From: the human T2T-CHM13v2.0 reference genome, Homo sapiens
DNA length: 64,000 nt
Reading direction: 5' to 3' (one strand)
Assembly (NCBI RefSeq): GCF_009914755.1
Contig: NC_060944.1
The notes below the pieces were generated by a model that saw only the letters and a program-made list of their open reading frames with translations, had not been told where the DNA came from and made no database searches. The position numbers were made by a program, and so were the translations under genes. This document shows, piece by piece, positions 56,042-64,000 of this stretch. Position 1 is the first letter of the stretch. Every line of letters starts with the position of its first letter.

Positions 56042-56060
56042 GCCTGCCGGGAGTTGTAGT
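56042..56060 (-). promoter_or_regulatory. ZNF143/THAP11-type SBS motif (ACTACAACTCCCGGCAGGC)
   Basis: Minus strand matches the ACTACAnnTCCC promoter motif, ~200 bp upstream of the TSS. Confidence 0.75.
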
Positions 56061-56227
56061 TCTGGTGGGAGTTTCGCGCTGCCTGCTGGACTCGAAGCGG
56101 GTCTGGGAGAACCCAGCCTACCTTCTTTCCTCCTCCACTTCCTTTTTCCTTCCTTGCTCTCGCTTCTTCCTCTTGTCCTGCCTCTGGCCTTCCTTTCTCT
56201 CCTTCCTGCAGTTGTTTCTTCCTCCAT

Positions 56228-56390
56228 CTGTAAATGTTCATTAAATGCTTGCCATATGCAAGGCATTGCTCCAAGAGCTAAGAATGTAGTGGTGAACTGA
56301 CAAAAATCCCTGCCCTCGTGGAGCTTACATTCTTGTGTAAGTAAAATACACAATAAATAAAATTAGAAAAATGTGTAGTGAGATAAAAGA
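56228..56390. mobile_element. L2 3' end
   Basis: AAATGTTCATTAAATGCTTGCCATATGCAAGGCA...AAAATCCCTGCCCTCGTGGAGCTTACATTCT. Confidence 0.7.
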
Positions 56391-56394
56391 CAAT

Positions 56395-58990
<2,596 letters not shown>

Positions 58991-59189
58991 TCCGTAGACT
59001 GCTGAAAAATTACAGCCTTGCTTATCTCTGCGCAAGTCCCTAAGAAACAGGGAACACCTGTAGGGTTGATTGGTGTATGTCAGGGTCACCTGTGGTATGT
59101 GTAGCACAGGAGAACAAGGTTGAGAACTACTTGCTGGCCTAAATAAGTAATTCCCAAGCTTATTTGAGGTAGCCTGCACTCCTAGGGAT

Positions 59190-64000
<4,811 letters not shown>

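Larger units (their letters stand above)
55200..56110. promoter_or_regulatory. CpG island / STAU1 promoter with GC boxes
   Basis: Very high GC and CpG density versus the flanks; multiple CCCGCCC/GGGCGG boxes; no TATA box. Confidence 0.93.

Noticed and set aside
55075-56353. Several 116-178 aa ORFs over the CpG island
   Set aside because: Stop-poor GC-rich promoter sequence; low-complexity R/G/P/A translations with no recognisable domain.

Overview
Primate, almost certainly human, genomic DNA containing the 5' half of STAU1 (Staufen1) on the minus strand. It holds a CpG-island promoter and exon 1 (~55.6-55.85 kb), a candidate exonised-Alu 5'UTR cassette (46604-46726) and the 75-nt exon 2. The 289-nt alternative exon 3 carries the ATG of the long isoform, and coding exons 4-6 run down to 3329; the gene continues off the left edge. 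The region is extremely Alu-dense, with many nested, chimeric and inverted copies. It also carries L1M/L2/MIR/MLT1 fossils and DNA transposons (a near full-length piggyBac-family Looper, MER6 with a V-SINE core, Tigger4, MER5A, MER20, MADE1). The most notable structure is in intron 6: a full-length Alu fused directly to an ARPC3 processed copy inside a single 16-bp target-site duplication, i.e. a chimeric Alu-mRNA retrotranscript. Its ORF is fully open and extended by a TGA->CGA stop loss. Almost all other ORFs in the track are Alu-derived noise. Gene and repeat-family names come from recognition of known sequences, not from a database search, and repeat boundaries are approximate. I see no convincing evidence of a wholly new biological system.
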